Below are positions 18,101 through 26,641 of a stretch of DNA of 35,554 nt, piece by piece. The translations under genes and the position numbers were made by a program. How positions within the stretch are numbered: position 1 is the stretch's first letter; each line of letters opens with the position of its first letter. The notes beneath the pieces were generated by a model. That model searched no databases, was not told the DNA's origin, and saw only the letters and a program-made list of their open reading frames with translations. The stretch comes from an uncultured Oligoflexus sp. (GTDB lineage Bacteria; Bdellovibrionota_B; Oligoflexia; Oligoflexales; Oligoflexaceae): contig CAXSGP010000047.1 of assembly GCA_964236955.1 (NCBI GenBank), positions 1-35,554 on the forward strand, read 5' to 3'.

Positions 18101-18859
18101 ATGGATTTCCAGGGTAGAAAAGTTCTATTGGTAGAAGATCAAGAAATGTTTCGTGAAGCCATGGAATTTGAACTTGAAAGTATGGGCTTTAGCGTGTTGA
18201 CCGCCGTGGATGGCGAAGACGGCTATAAGAAAGCCATGTCTACACCATTTGATTTTATTCTCTCCGATATCAAAATGCCAAATTGGGATGGAAAGCGATT
18301 TTTAATAGAATTGCAAAAGACACCGGCTCGCAAACCGCCTTTTGCTTTTATAACGGGATATGCGGATATTTCAAATTATGAGGCCTATGACCTGGGGGCT
18401 GATGCTTATCTTGGTAAGCCTGCAGATATGGACATGCTGACGAAGACCATTAAAAACCTTCTCCTTACCCCGGATCAGCTTTGGTCAAGGTCTCCCGTGG
18501 CGGTTCCTGAAGAGGTCATTCGAAGAACGATTGAGGGTTGGGGAAGTGAAGCGTTCAAAGACTTTTTCGCCTTGGGTAGGCGGGGAATGTGCCTTGCCCT
18601 GAACATTCGGGAGCTGGTCGATATCAAAGTCGGGGAAAGAGTAAAGTTTGATCTAAAATTACCCTTGTCGCCGGTGCCGAGGCTCAAGGGCATAGGGCTT
18701 ATTATCTGGGAACGTGCCTCCTTCGAAGGCGATAATATTCATGTTGGTATTGAATTTGAAACGATTGAAGAGCCGGGACGCGATGCTTTGCTTAAATATT
18801 TGGTGAAAGAAAGGCCGTTATCGGCAATCCCTTTTCGTCAATTTAACCGGAGGACTTAA
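18101..18859 (+). CDS. response regulator with C-terminal degenerate PilZ-like domain
   Basis: REC motifs LLVEDQ, SDIKMP, ITGY and LGKP. The C-terminal GRRGMCL...GLIIWER...VGIEF pattern is PilZ-like. Confidence 0.85.
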   Translation: MDFQGRKVLLVEDQEMFREAMEFELESMGFSVLTAVDGEDGYKKAMSTPFDFILSDIKMPNWDGKRFLIELQKTPARKPPFAFITGYADISNYEAYDLGADAYLGKPADMDMLTKTIKNLLLTPDQLWSRSPVAVPEEVIRRTIEGWGSEAFKDFFALGRRGMCLALNIRELVDIKVGERVKFDLKLPLSPVPRLKGIGLIIWERASFEGDNIHVGIEFETIEEPGRDALLKYLVKERPLSAIPFRQFNRRT

Positions 18860-18922
18860 CACTCTGTGGAATACCAGCGCGCACCAAGCTAGCTTTAGCT
18901 TTCAATCTATCAAAGGAAAAGA

Positions 18923-20446
18923 TCATGGTGTGGCCATTGCGTGGGAGTTGCTTTGCAGCGGAAGGTGACGTGATTTAGGAAGAGTCAGGAAGAAAGTGGT
19001 GTGCGTTTCCTTAGTTCCATAGACCAGGTTACCGCCGTGAGCCTCAGCGATACCTTTGGAAATACTGAGTCCTAAGCCTGTGCCCTCGTTGATCGGTTTG
19101 GTCGTAAAGAAGGGCAAAAGAATTTTCTCGCTTAGCTCTTCGGGGACGCCAGGGCCATTGTCAATGATAGCAATAAGAACGCTATCCGGCGATTCGGTTA
19201 CGTCGAGATGAATCCATCGGTCCCCGTTTTGATCACGCAGAGCATCGTGAGCATTATTGATAAGGTTGAGTAGGACCTGAGAAATTTGAATCGGTTTGCA
19301 TTCGATAAGCAGGGCATCACTGACCTCACTCACGATAAATCGAACCCCCCGGTTTTCCAGCCGAGTAGCGGACAGAGCCAAGGTTTGCTGGATAATCTCC
19401 TTCAGGGAACTCCGGACAAAAGTATCGTTGTCAGCCGTGCGTGAGACGATTCTCAGACTTTTCACTATATACTCGATACGCTTTGCGACCGATAGAATGA
19501 TTCCCGAAAATTTGATGGCATTTTCCAAATCGGGTGGATCCTTCTTTAGTATTCTCCCGATTTGCTCCGAACGAAGGACTATCGTGCCAAGAGGTGTATT
19601 AATTTCATGGGCAATGCCACCGGCCATTTCTCCGAGGGCGGTAAGACGCGCCGACGATTCGAGCTTCTGCCGCTGCATTTGTACGGTCTGTGTGTTGGCG
19701 TCGAGCTTCTCCTGAAGTTCGTCGGCGAAATTTGTTATTTTCTGGTAGGACTGAAAAAGCTTGTTGTGCACATTGTTAACCGCCTCAACCAGTCTATCGA
19801 GTTCGTCCGGACCGCCAAATCGTTTACCCGCAAGTTTAAAACTACAGCCTTTTCCAGAGGAAATATCAATCTGTTCGACATAAGTCGTCAGGTTTAAAAT
19901 ATGCCGAGTTAGAAATTTGTGGAAAATGAAGAGGAGTAGCGACGAGACCAGAAATGTTTTGATCAGCTGCGATAAGAAGATGAGGGCAATTCTTTCTTTC
20001 ATTTTGTCATAGATTTCGCCCATACCCGATTCAATTCTCAGGGTCCCCAGATTGTAGGTTTTGCCATCCTTCACGATGTTAAGGGGGACCGCTCGAACGG
20101 TACTTTGATCGCCGCTGCCCCGCGATCCTGCGACACTGACCTGTCGATTGAAAGTGTCCGTGATTTCTATAAAGCGCACATTGGGAAAGTTGAGTAAGCC
20201 AGAGAGCTGGGTGTCTAGCTGAATGGTATTCATTTCCCATAGTGCAAGATTGATATTGGAAAGATAGGTTTTCTCGATTAGGTCAAAATAACGATCGATA
20301 AGACTTTTTTCAATATTATATTCATAGGTGATTTGAACTGCGGTCGTGATCAGTGTAACCAACGAGCTTACCAGTAAAACAAGCTTAATAAGTTTTTTGG
20401 ATAATGAAGATTTATTGGGCACTCGCGGAATATCCCCATTCAGCAT
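18923..20446 (-). CDS. membrane sensor histidine kinase (2 TM, HAMP-like, NtrB-type HisKA, HATPase)
   Basis: H-box AHEINTPL, N-box NLINNA, DNGPG, PFFTTK, GTGLGL. Confidence 0.93.
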   Translation of the reverse strand: MLNGDIPRVPNKSSLSKKLIKLVLLVSSLVTLITTAVQITYEYNIEKSLIDRYFDLIEKTYLSNINLALWEMNTIQLDTQLSGLLNFPNVRFIEITDTFNRQVSVAGSRGSGDQSTVRAVPLNIVKDGKTYNLGTLRIESGMGEIYDKMKERIALIFLSQLIKTFLVSSLLLFIFHKFLTRHILNLTTYVEQIDISSGKGCSFKLAGKRFGGPDELDRLVEAVNNVHNKLFQSYQKITNFADELQEKLDANTQTVQMQRQKLESSARLTALGEMAGGIAHEINTPLGTIVLRSEQIGRILKKDPPDLENAIKFSGIILSVAKRIEYIVKSLRIVSRTADNDTFVRSSLKEIIQQTLALSATRLENRGVRFIVSEVSDALLIECKPIQISQVLLNLINNAHDALRDQNGDRWIHLDVTESPDSVLIAIIDNGPGVPEELSEKILLPFFTTKPINEGTGLGLSISKGIAEAHGGNLVYGTKETHTTFFLTLPKSRHLPLQSNSHAMATP

Positions 20447-20863
20447 TCGGCATCTGCCGATATGAGAAGGGCCATACTATAGGATTGAAGGCCAACAGGA
20501 AAGCGTATATAAAGATTTTTATATTTGAAAAATCAACAAATTCATGAGATTGCAATCCGTGCCCAAAGAAACCTCAATGTTGACCATACGGCCATGGCCG
20601 ATCGCCTGAACTTAAGCACTTAAAGGGCAAGGCCTTTCGCAAAGATTTGATCAAATCGGGGGAAGGTATTGACCGGCGTCCTTTGTCCTTAATTTTACGC
20701 AGAAGGATTAAGAGTCCGGGCAGGTTTTACCCAGAAGGACTCCTACACCCGAAAATAAATACTTCCAAATGGTCTTAGGGATAGAAAGCAGGCCAGGTTG
20801 CGAGTTTGAAAGTCAGAGTTGGGATTGCAGGGATAGAGACCAAGCCTTCCTGTATTCGAGCAA

Positions 20864-21229
20864 TTAGTTGGTCAATTCAGTCGAACTGCCTAATTGGATA
20901 GGTTTCTTCAGGATAGGAGCCAAGGTGTCCATAGCATCCGAGACTTCATAGATCTCATCTCTGAATTTCATAAATCGGGGCGGCACATTGCCATCGAAAC
21001 TTTTCCATTCCTCGCTGATGGCCCATTTCACCTGGAAATCACATTCATATTCTTCACCGACTTCAAATTCATCAATCGCAATTCGAAAGGCAAAAACTCC
21101 GGTTTTTTTCTTTAGATCATTGAGAGCTTTTTGCATTTCAGGGATAAGCTGCGCGGAAAGGTCTTTGCGGCTAGAGGAAGTGTCATAATCTTGTTCGGAT
21201 AGTTTCTCAACCAGAAGTGCAAAGTTCAT
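20864..21229 (-). CDS. hypothetical protein (121 aa)
   Basis: GGGAG SD 7 nt before ATG, protein-like composition, fills the gap between genes. Confidence 0.65.
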   Translation of the reverse strand: MNFALLVEKLSEQDYDTSSSRKDLSAQLIPEMQKALNDLKKKTGVFAFRIAIDEFEVGEEYECDFQVKWAISEEWKSFDGNVPPRFMKFRDEIYEVSDAMDTLAPILKKPIQLGSSTELTN

Positions 21230-21559
21230 CAGTCATCTCCCTGCAGCAGAATTTTTAAAATATTCGGCACCGTCATGTCTTCGATTACGGCCCATGAAGT
21301 TGTAACGTTTTTAATGACCACTTGTAAAGTCCTTGGCGAAACTGGCCCATCTATAAATCGAAGAAACTCGAGAGTCAAGAATGGTCTGATAAAACGCTGG
21401 CGAAGAATTCTCTTCCTACTCAAAATTGTTTAATCCTGGCTAAGTTGCCACTGTTTATCAGCAATTTTGGCCAACCAGCCGAAACGAGCAAAACGAAAGT
21501 CCATCAACAAAAAGAAGGTTCCTGTGAATGTTTGGAAATATACCCGCGAATCGTAAAGA

Positions 21560-22612
21560 TCAAGGCATAACCTTCGGGCTTATTTTCCAATGCTGCGTGC
21601 TGTCTCCAGCATTGCAGTTGAGGGCGGCCACGGAGTCGGTGCCTGACGAGTCAGGATTGATCAGGGCCATGCAGGTGCCGGTATCACGGATTTGAATTTG
21701 GTCGCCATTGATATTGAAGTCAAATTTTGGCGTCAAATTACTGGCGCAATCGCCCGGGATGGCAAGGGATGTGGCTGGATCAAATCTCAAGCAGACACCT
21801 GATACGTGAGAAATCTTGCTGTCAGCTGTAACGAACCAGTCCTGTGCCGACGATTCGACTCCACAAAGCGTCGTGACAACGCGGGTTCCCAGCATGCGAA
21901 AAAAATCTAGGCAACGAATTTCGCCCGTGCCTTGAGGCTTGAGGCTGCGAATGGTCAGATCGGGTCTCACTTGATTGACAACCTTGGTATTCAAGACTTT
22001 CGTTATGTTGTCGGCACCAGAGCCTTCGTAAGCAAGATTTACCGACGGAAGTTTTGCTGCGAGCAGCTCCGGACTTGCGGCTGTAACGGTGTATTCAGCC
22101 TGCCACCGCGCAGTCGCTGGCAATTCGACGACAGTGACGGTGAGGTCAGACGTATTGGAAAAAGTCCACGCATGGCTGGAATAATGAGTGGCCAGGTTCA
22201 CAGGTTTGCCCCTGGCGTCCTGCATTGCGCAAAGAAGCGTAGCTTTGCTGCCTTCAAGTTTATCTTTAAAACAGAAGAGCATGGCACCTGTGATAGATGC
22301 TGGAATCTCAACGCCTTCTTTTTCCCCTTCAGCCGAATGAATCGGCGCCAGCCTACCGGCTTCTTTCGAGGGTAAAGTATTCGGAACGCCTTCGAGCGTC
22401 TGGTTTTGAGCCGGCTCGGAGCTTGCGCCCCCCGACACCGAGGCATCAGATCTTTCCTGAGGAGCCTCAACCTCGAGTTCAGCATCTTGCTGCAAGGTTC
22501 TTTGTTTGGTGGCTCCCTCTAAACCGCCGCTTGGCGAACGGCACGATGTCGCCAATGCGGCGAATATCGCAAGGATGGCCCGAACTCTATGCTGCGATGT
22601 TTTACAAACCAT
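21560..22612 (-). CDS. lipoprotein with C-terminal ricin-B (beta-trefoil) lectin-like domain
   Basis: Lipobox-like LATSC and a disordered linker. Three Cys-paired subdomains (CLDF..C, CLRF..C, CMAL..C) with QDW and QHW motifs. ATG 22612 has the better SD spacing. Confidence 0.78.
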   Translation of the reverse strand: MVCKTSQHRVRAILAIFAALATSCRSPSGGLEGATKQRTLQQDAELEVEAPQERSDASVSGGASSEPAQNQTLEGVPNTLPSKEAGRLAPIHSAEGEKEGVEIPASITGAMLFCFKDKLEGSKATLLCAMQDARGKPVNLATHYSSHAWTFSNTSDLTVTVVELPATARWQAEYTVTAASPELLAAKLPSVNLAYEGSGADNITKVLNTKVVNQVRPDLTIRSLKPQGTGEIRCLDFFRMLGTRVVTTLCGVESSAQDWFVTADSKISHVSGVCLRFDPATSLAIPGDCASNLTPKFDFNINGDQIQIRDTGTCMALINPDSSGTDSVAALNCNAGDSTQHWKISPKVMP

Positions 22613-22680
22613 AATCATATCCTTATTCGCCTTGGTAGCCCGTCAAGGAATTCGCAAAAGACTTGGAAGGGCTTACGCTA

Positions 22681-22708
22681 AGATCGGCAGATCTCATTCG
22701 AATCTTGA
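22681..22708 (-). promoter_or_regulatory. sigma28-like promoter
   Basis: TCAA-N16-GCCGATCT, about 70 bp upstream of the lectin lipoprotein start. Confidence 0.55.
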
Positions 22709-23058
22709 ATTAAATAAAGAAACTCCAAGAAATTTTTAAAAAAGGCCACAATTTTAAATGAGGAATTCCCTTTTTTCTTTTATATTTTAGATACTTGGAT
22801 AGGAATCTTGTTTGGGTGCTAAATAAAAGTGCCGAGACTGCCTTGAGGGGAATTAAAAATTAGGAAGGTGACGAAATCCTAAGTTTTGTAAGGGGAGGGA
22901 CCAAAGCACGAAGGAATGAGGGAAATGAATTCATACCTATACCGTGATATCGCCAGGCACAAATAAGTTTGTCCCGATATGAACTATCGCTGTCCGTCGT
23001 TCGTCTAAAGAGCTATGGAGTTCAACCTTCCCTTGTCGCTAAGGATTAGGGAAGCCGG

Positions 23059-23088
23059 AAAGAGGAATGCAACTCAGTTGCATTCCTC
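23059..23088 (-). terminator. intrinsic terminator of the hydrolase/deacetylase operon
   Basis: Perfect 13-bp inverted repeat GAGGAATGCAACT-C-AGTTGCATTCCTC, followed by TTT on the minus strand. Confidence 0.65.
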
Positions 23089-23135
23089 CCCTCCTAAGGT
23101 CCTGACTGTCGATTTTTCTTCTTTAGACCAGGCTG

Positions 23136-23954
23136 CTAATTTCCTATGCACTCGTTGATTTTGACGAAGCGATAGCCTTTGGCCTTAATTCTGTCGATCA
23201 TCGTCTCAAGATTTTCCAGAGTGGCCCCCGAAAAATCATGGTTGAGATCGATTATGGAATCGTTGGTTCCAGATGGGCTCTGACTGCTGGCAAATTCCAG
23301 ATGCTGATCGAGGCGCCTCAACTCGAGGCCAACGTCGGCTTCATTCAGCTCCCAGTCGCTGCGATCGCTATTCCAACGAACAACTTTATTGCCATGACTT
23401 TTGAGTAGATTATAGACGCGGGCATCCACATAGCCGAAAGGTGGGCGGACAACTTGAGCGTCATGTCTAACCTGAGGGCTGTCGCCAAGCACTTTAACTA
23501 TAGCCTCCTCATTCGAGCCTACCTCCTTAATGACTTCCTCATCGGTCATCTTCATAAGGTCCAGGTGACTGAAGGTGTGGTTGGAAATCTGGTGGCCGGC
23601 TGCTGCCGCCAGCTGCAGATAATTCTGCTCCGTGGGCCCACCCAACTTGCTTCCCAGGGTAAAAAACGTGGCTTTGACATCTTTTCGCGCAAGAATCTCA
23701 AGTACTTTGGGATAATTGCTGGCGGGACCGTCGTCAAAAGTCATGGCGTAGGTATGAGGCTCAATGCAGTGCGTAAGGACCTCGCCAGGGAGTTGTCCGA
23801 AGAAAAAAGCAGGCGGCGCGTAAACAGTGCGGCAGCTGTCTTTCGAACAATAGGCGTAGGGTTCCATGGGGCTCGCTGCGGCAGCCTTTGGCAAAAGAGC
23901 TGATAGGGCGAAAATATTCAGAAGCAATGGAATGCTGAGGTGCGTGGCTTTCAT
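23136..23954 (-). CDS. secreted CE4 (NodB-type) polysaccharide deacetylase
   Basis: Signal peptide from ATG 23954 (AAAGGA SD). Motifs TFDDG, NHTFSH, RPPFG, DW and LNHD. Confidence 0.93.
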   Translation of the reverse strand: MKATHLSIPLLLNIFALSALLPKAAAASPMEPYAYCSKDSCRTVYAPPAFFFGQLPGEVLTHCIEPHTYAMTFDDGPASNYPKVLEILARKDVKATFFTLGSKLGGPTEQNYLQLAAAAGHQISNHTFSHLDLMKMTDEEVIKEVGSNEEAIVKVLGDSPQVRHDAQVVRPPFGYVDARVYNLLKSHGNKVVRWNSDRSDWELNEADVGLELRRLDQHLEFASSQSPSGTNDSIIDLNHDFSGATLENLETMIDRIKAKGYRFVKINECIGN

Positions 23955-23973
23955 TGGAAATCCTTTTCTACCC

Positions 23974-25425
23974 TTATGGAGCGACAGCCCAGGTGCCATC
24001 ACTATTTTTGATCATATTCAATTCTGCCTGGAATATGAAGCTTGAATCACCACGTTCCAAAAGGCTTCTGGTCATGACATTGACGTTAGGGCTTGCTCGG
24101 CCAACGCCAATATCAATGCCCTCGACCGATACTGATATATCCTGATTGAAATCTACCATTTCCTCGCTCAAAAGAACCGTGATGTGATCGAGTGAACCCA
24201 AACCCTTCAGTGAGACCTTATTGCTGCCGGGCACGCATTCCGCTTCGATGACGAGATCCTGCTCGAGATTTGGCTTGGCACCAAGATCCAGCCAGTAAAA
24301 GAGATTCTGGGGGGCGACCAGGCCCGTTTTCAAACCTGGGTCCTGTAAATAGGCAGCACCGCCATTGACATCACGGGGAGCGTTGGTTTTAGGATCCCAA
24401 ACAAGTTTGGCCGGATAGGGGTTTCGTGTGTAGTTTCGGAGCCAATGCGCAGCTGCAGTGTCTTTACTGATGGTTGTGGTACTTGCGGATTTAAGCCATT
24501 CCGCTGGTTGAGCAATGATAGGATAAGCCGTGCCGCTGGCGTCGCGATCGCTCCAGCTGTTGTGGCTTCCTTTGCTATGGATGAAGGCATCGTGTATATA
24601 GCCACCTCGCAACGCCTGCAGGCGATCGAGTTCTATCGAATTTTCCGCAGTTACCTTGTTGCGGCTGTAGGCCGAATCATTTTCGCCCACTTGCATAAGA
24701 AAAGGCGTAGCAAAAAGGTTGTCAAATTTAATCCAGTTATGATGACCAGCCGACATGTTTGCAGCAGCAAAGCGATCCGCCATACGCGGCGTGATTTGAT
24801 AGACGCCGTCACCGCCAGCGGAAAATCCCATAATATAGATGCGATTGGGATCCACATCCTTGAGCGCCAGCAGGTTTTCGATAAGTTGGTCGTAAAGTCG
24901 GAAAGAGGCGTCTTCCCAATGCAGTTTCCAGGTATCTGTAATCCCTCGGGTCGCAACATAAATTCCGGTGTCGATGCTATCAAAATAATAAGTCTGCATC
25001 TGCTTCCACTGCGAATCGTTGGTGCTGGCTGGACCTCCCCCGCCACCATGTAGGGCGATATAAAGTGGGTAGCCGTTAGCCGGCTTCTCGCCCTTTGTCA
25101 TCAGGGAAAAGCGCATCGATTTATCGCCGTCCTTAAGGACCTTGCTTTCGACCGCCTGAACTCTTGCTTTGTCATGGCTGACGGCATCCTTATACTTTGA
25201 CCACAATGCGGCCCGCGCACCGCCAAGATCCGAAACGGCGATCGGATTGGAATCCCTAAGCAAGGCATCAAAGGTCGATCCGGTGATCAGCTCGGGAGCC
25301 GACCTTTCGCTCGTACCATGGGTCAACGAAGGGGCGGCTGAGGCGTAGGTCTTAGCATAAGTCCCTGAGCCTAACAAAATAGAACCTGCGAGTATTACGT
25401 TGCGATAACAATGGAAGGACAGCAT
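23974..25425 (-). CDS. secreted alpha/beta hydrolase (esterase/peptidase-like)
   Basis: Signal-like N-terminus, YPLYIALHGGG, DPNRIYIMGFSAGG (GxSxG), VGEND, GSH. ATG 25425 has an AAGGTG SD. Confidence 0.85.
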   Translation of the reverse strand: MLSFHCYRNVILAGSILLGSGTYAKTYASAAPSLTHGTSERSAPELITGSTFDALLRDSNPIAVSDLGGARAALWSKYKDAVSHDKARVQAVESKVLKDGDKSMRFSLMTKGEKPANGYPLYIALHGGGGGPASTNDSQWKQMQTYYFDSIDTGIYVATRGITDTWKLHWEDASFRLYDQLIENLLALKDVDPNRIYIMGFSAGGDGVYQITPRMADRFAAANMSAGHHNWIKFDNLFATPFLMQVGENDSAYSRNKVTAENSIELDRLQALRGGYIHDAFIHSKGSHNSWSDRDASGTAYPIIAQPAEWLKSASTTTISKDTAAAHWLRNYTRNPYPAKLVWDPKTNAPRDVNGGAAYLQDPGLKTGLVAPQNLFYWLDLGAKPNLEQDLVIEAECVPGSNKVSLKGLGSLDHITVLLSEEMVDFNQDISVSVEGIDIGVGRASPNVNVMTRSLLERGDSSFIFQAELNMIKNSDGTWAVAP

Positions 25426-25667
25426 AGCATTCACCTTGTTGTGTATAAGCGACAGTCGATCACTTTTAAAATAACTTGGTACCCCTATCCTTTTATGGTC
25501 TTCGCCTGCCTTTGGCGATTCAATATTTTTAGATGCGTATTATTTGATTGAGGAATGGCCGGAAATTCTTGGACCAAAAGCAAACATTGTCACTATTATT
25601 TGACAATGGGTCCGCAAGGCTGCAGAAACTTCTAAACTTTTCGGCTATGTCTGTATTCTTTCGTTAG

Positions 25668-25695
25668 AGATCGGTGTTCTCTCTCCCTCACTTGA
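25668..25695 (-). promoter_or_regulatory. sigma28-like promoter
   Basis: TCAA-N16-ACCGATCT, about 240 bp upstream of the hydrolase start. Confidence 0.45.
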
Positions 25696-25892
25696 ACGCT
25701 TCCTAGTAAAAAGATGTATGCTTTGCATCACGCGCGACACTCTTTAGCAATCCAAAGCCGGGCTGCCAGGTAAGCTTATGACCCGACGGCAGAACCAAAA
25801 TTTTTCGAAAAGTAATGGAAGAATGGACTGCGCAAATCCCATGAAAATACCCAGGACTAAGCAGCGGCTTTTTCAGGACAAAGCAGATTGTT

Positions 25893-25920
25893 TAAGTTGG
25901 GCTGTGAAAAGTACCGATCA
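25893..25920 (+). promoter_or_regulatory. sigma28-like promoter
   Basis: TAAG-N16-ACCGATCA, 36 bp upstream of the cytochrome c gene. Confidence 0.4.
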
Positions 25921-25956
25921 AGTTGTTCTAGGAACGTTAATAAAAGGATCTAAACA

Positions 25957-26463
25957 ATGTTCAAAAATACGATTGCAGCACGCCTTTTCACGTCGACTTC
26001 CGCTATTACTTGGTGTTTGTGCGTTAGTGCAATGGTACTAAATGGTTGCGGTACGGCTCTCTATCCCGAGTCCAAAGGCTATTCTTATAGCTCCAGCAAA
26101 GCCAGCGGATCCAAGCCGGTCGCTACCGGCTCGGGTACGGTTGGTACCGTAGTTTCAAACGATCCTGCGCCCATTCCCCCAAGTTCGAATGCGGAACCCG
26201 AGGATAAGGGAGTCGAAGTCACAGATGCCAATGGCACTGCCGGTACTGACGTAGACACAAAAGTTGAGGACGATATAGCCGGACTCGACGGTTTGGCCCT
26301 TTACGATGCAAAGTGTGCTAAGTGTCATACACCGAAAGCCACGACCACTGTCGGAAATCCCGATGTTACCGCCGTCAAGGCCGCCATCAAAGATCTATTT
26401 ATCATGGCTTCAGTTAAGGCGACTGACGAGGAACTTGCGGCGATTCAGGCCTATCTTGAATAA
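25957..26463 (+). CDS. monoheme cytochrome c lipoprotein
   Basis: AAAGGA SD, lipobox LNGC (Cys31), S/G/T/P/D-rich linker, then GLALYDAKCAKCH (CxxCH), candidate Met ligand (FIMAS) and C-terminal helix EELAAIQAYL. Confidence 0.85.
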   Translation: MFKNTIAARLFTSTSAITWCLCVSAMVLNGCGTALYPESKGYSYSSSKASGSKPVATGSGTVGTVVSNDPAPIPPSSNAEPEDKGVEVTDANGTAGTDVDTKVEDDIAGLDGLALYDAKCAKCHTPKATTTVGNPDVTAVKAAIKDLFIMASVKATDEELAAIQAYLE

Positions 26464-26494
26464 GAGACTTGAAGAGAGCTTACTATTTGCGTTT

Positions 26495-26528
26495 AGCCTT
26501 CTCCCTCAAGCGGGGAGAGGGTTTTTTT
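26495..26528 (+). terminator. intrinsic terminator
   Basis: Stem CCTTCTCCCT/GGGGAGAGGG followed by T7. Confidence 0.8.
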
Positions 26529-26588
26529 GAACTTGGGCCCTCAAGCCATTGCCGGATGCACATTCCGAATTCCCTTGGTCTTTTTCTC

Positions 26589-26616
26589 TTAACATCAGCG
26601 AGCGATCGACCGATAT
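26589..26616 (+). promoter_or_regulatory. sigma28-like promoter
   Basis: TTAA-N16-ACCGATAT, 25 bp upstream of the diguanylate cyclase ATG. Confidence 0.5.
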
Positions 26617-26641
26617 TGACCTCTGGGTTTAGGAGATCGCA

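Noticed and set aside
21229..21423. 64-aa minus ORF with a TGATG overlap to the next gene
   Set aside because: TTG start without SD and no recognisable features. The downstream gene has its own SD. It cannot be fully excluded.
23062..23088. Perfect 13-bp palindrome as an operator, REP or mobile-element end
   Set aside because: Single copy, 47 bp downstream of a stop codon and followed by Ts, so best explained as a terminator.
24445..25053. 202-aa + ORF
   Set aside because: Antisense shadow within the alpha/beta hydrolase gene.
25730..25870. Possible c-di-GMP-I (GEMM) riboswitch suggested by AGCCGGGCTGCC and GCAAA/CTAA fragments
   Set aside because: The elements are out of order and the P2 GNRA stem and GACGCAAA core cannot be built. 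An Rfam scan would settle it.
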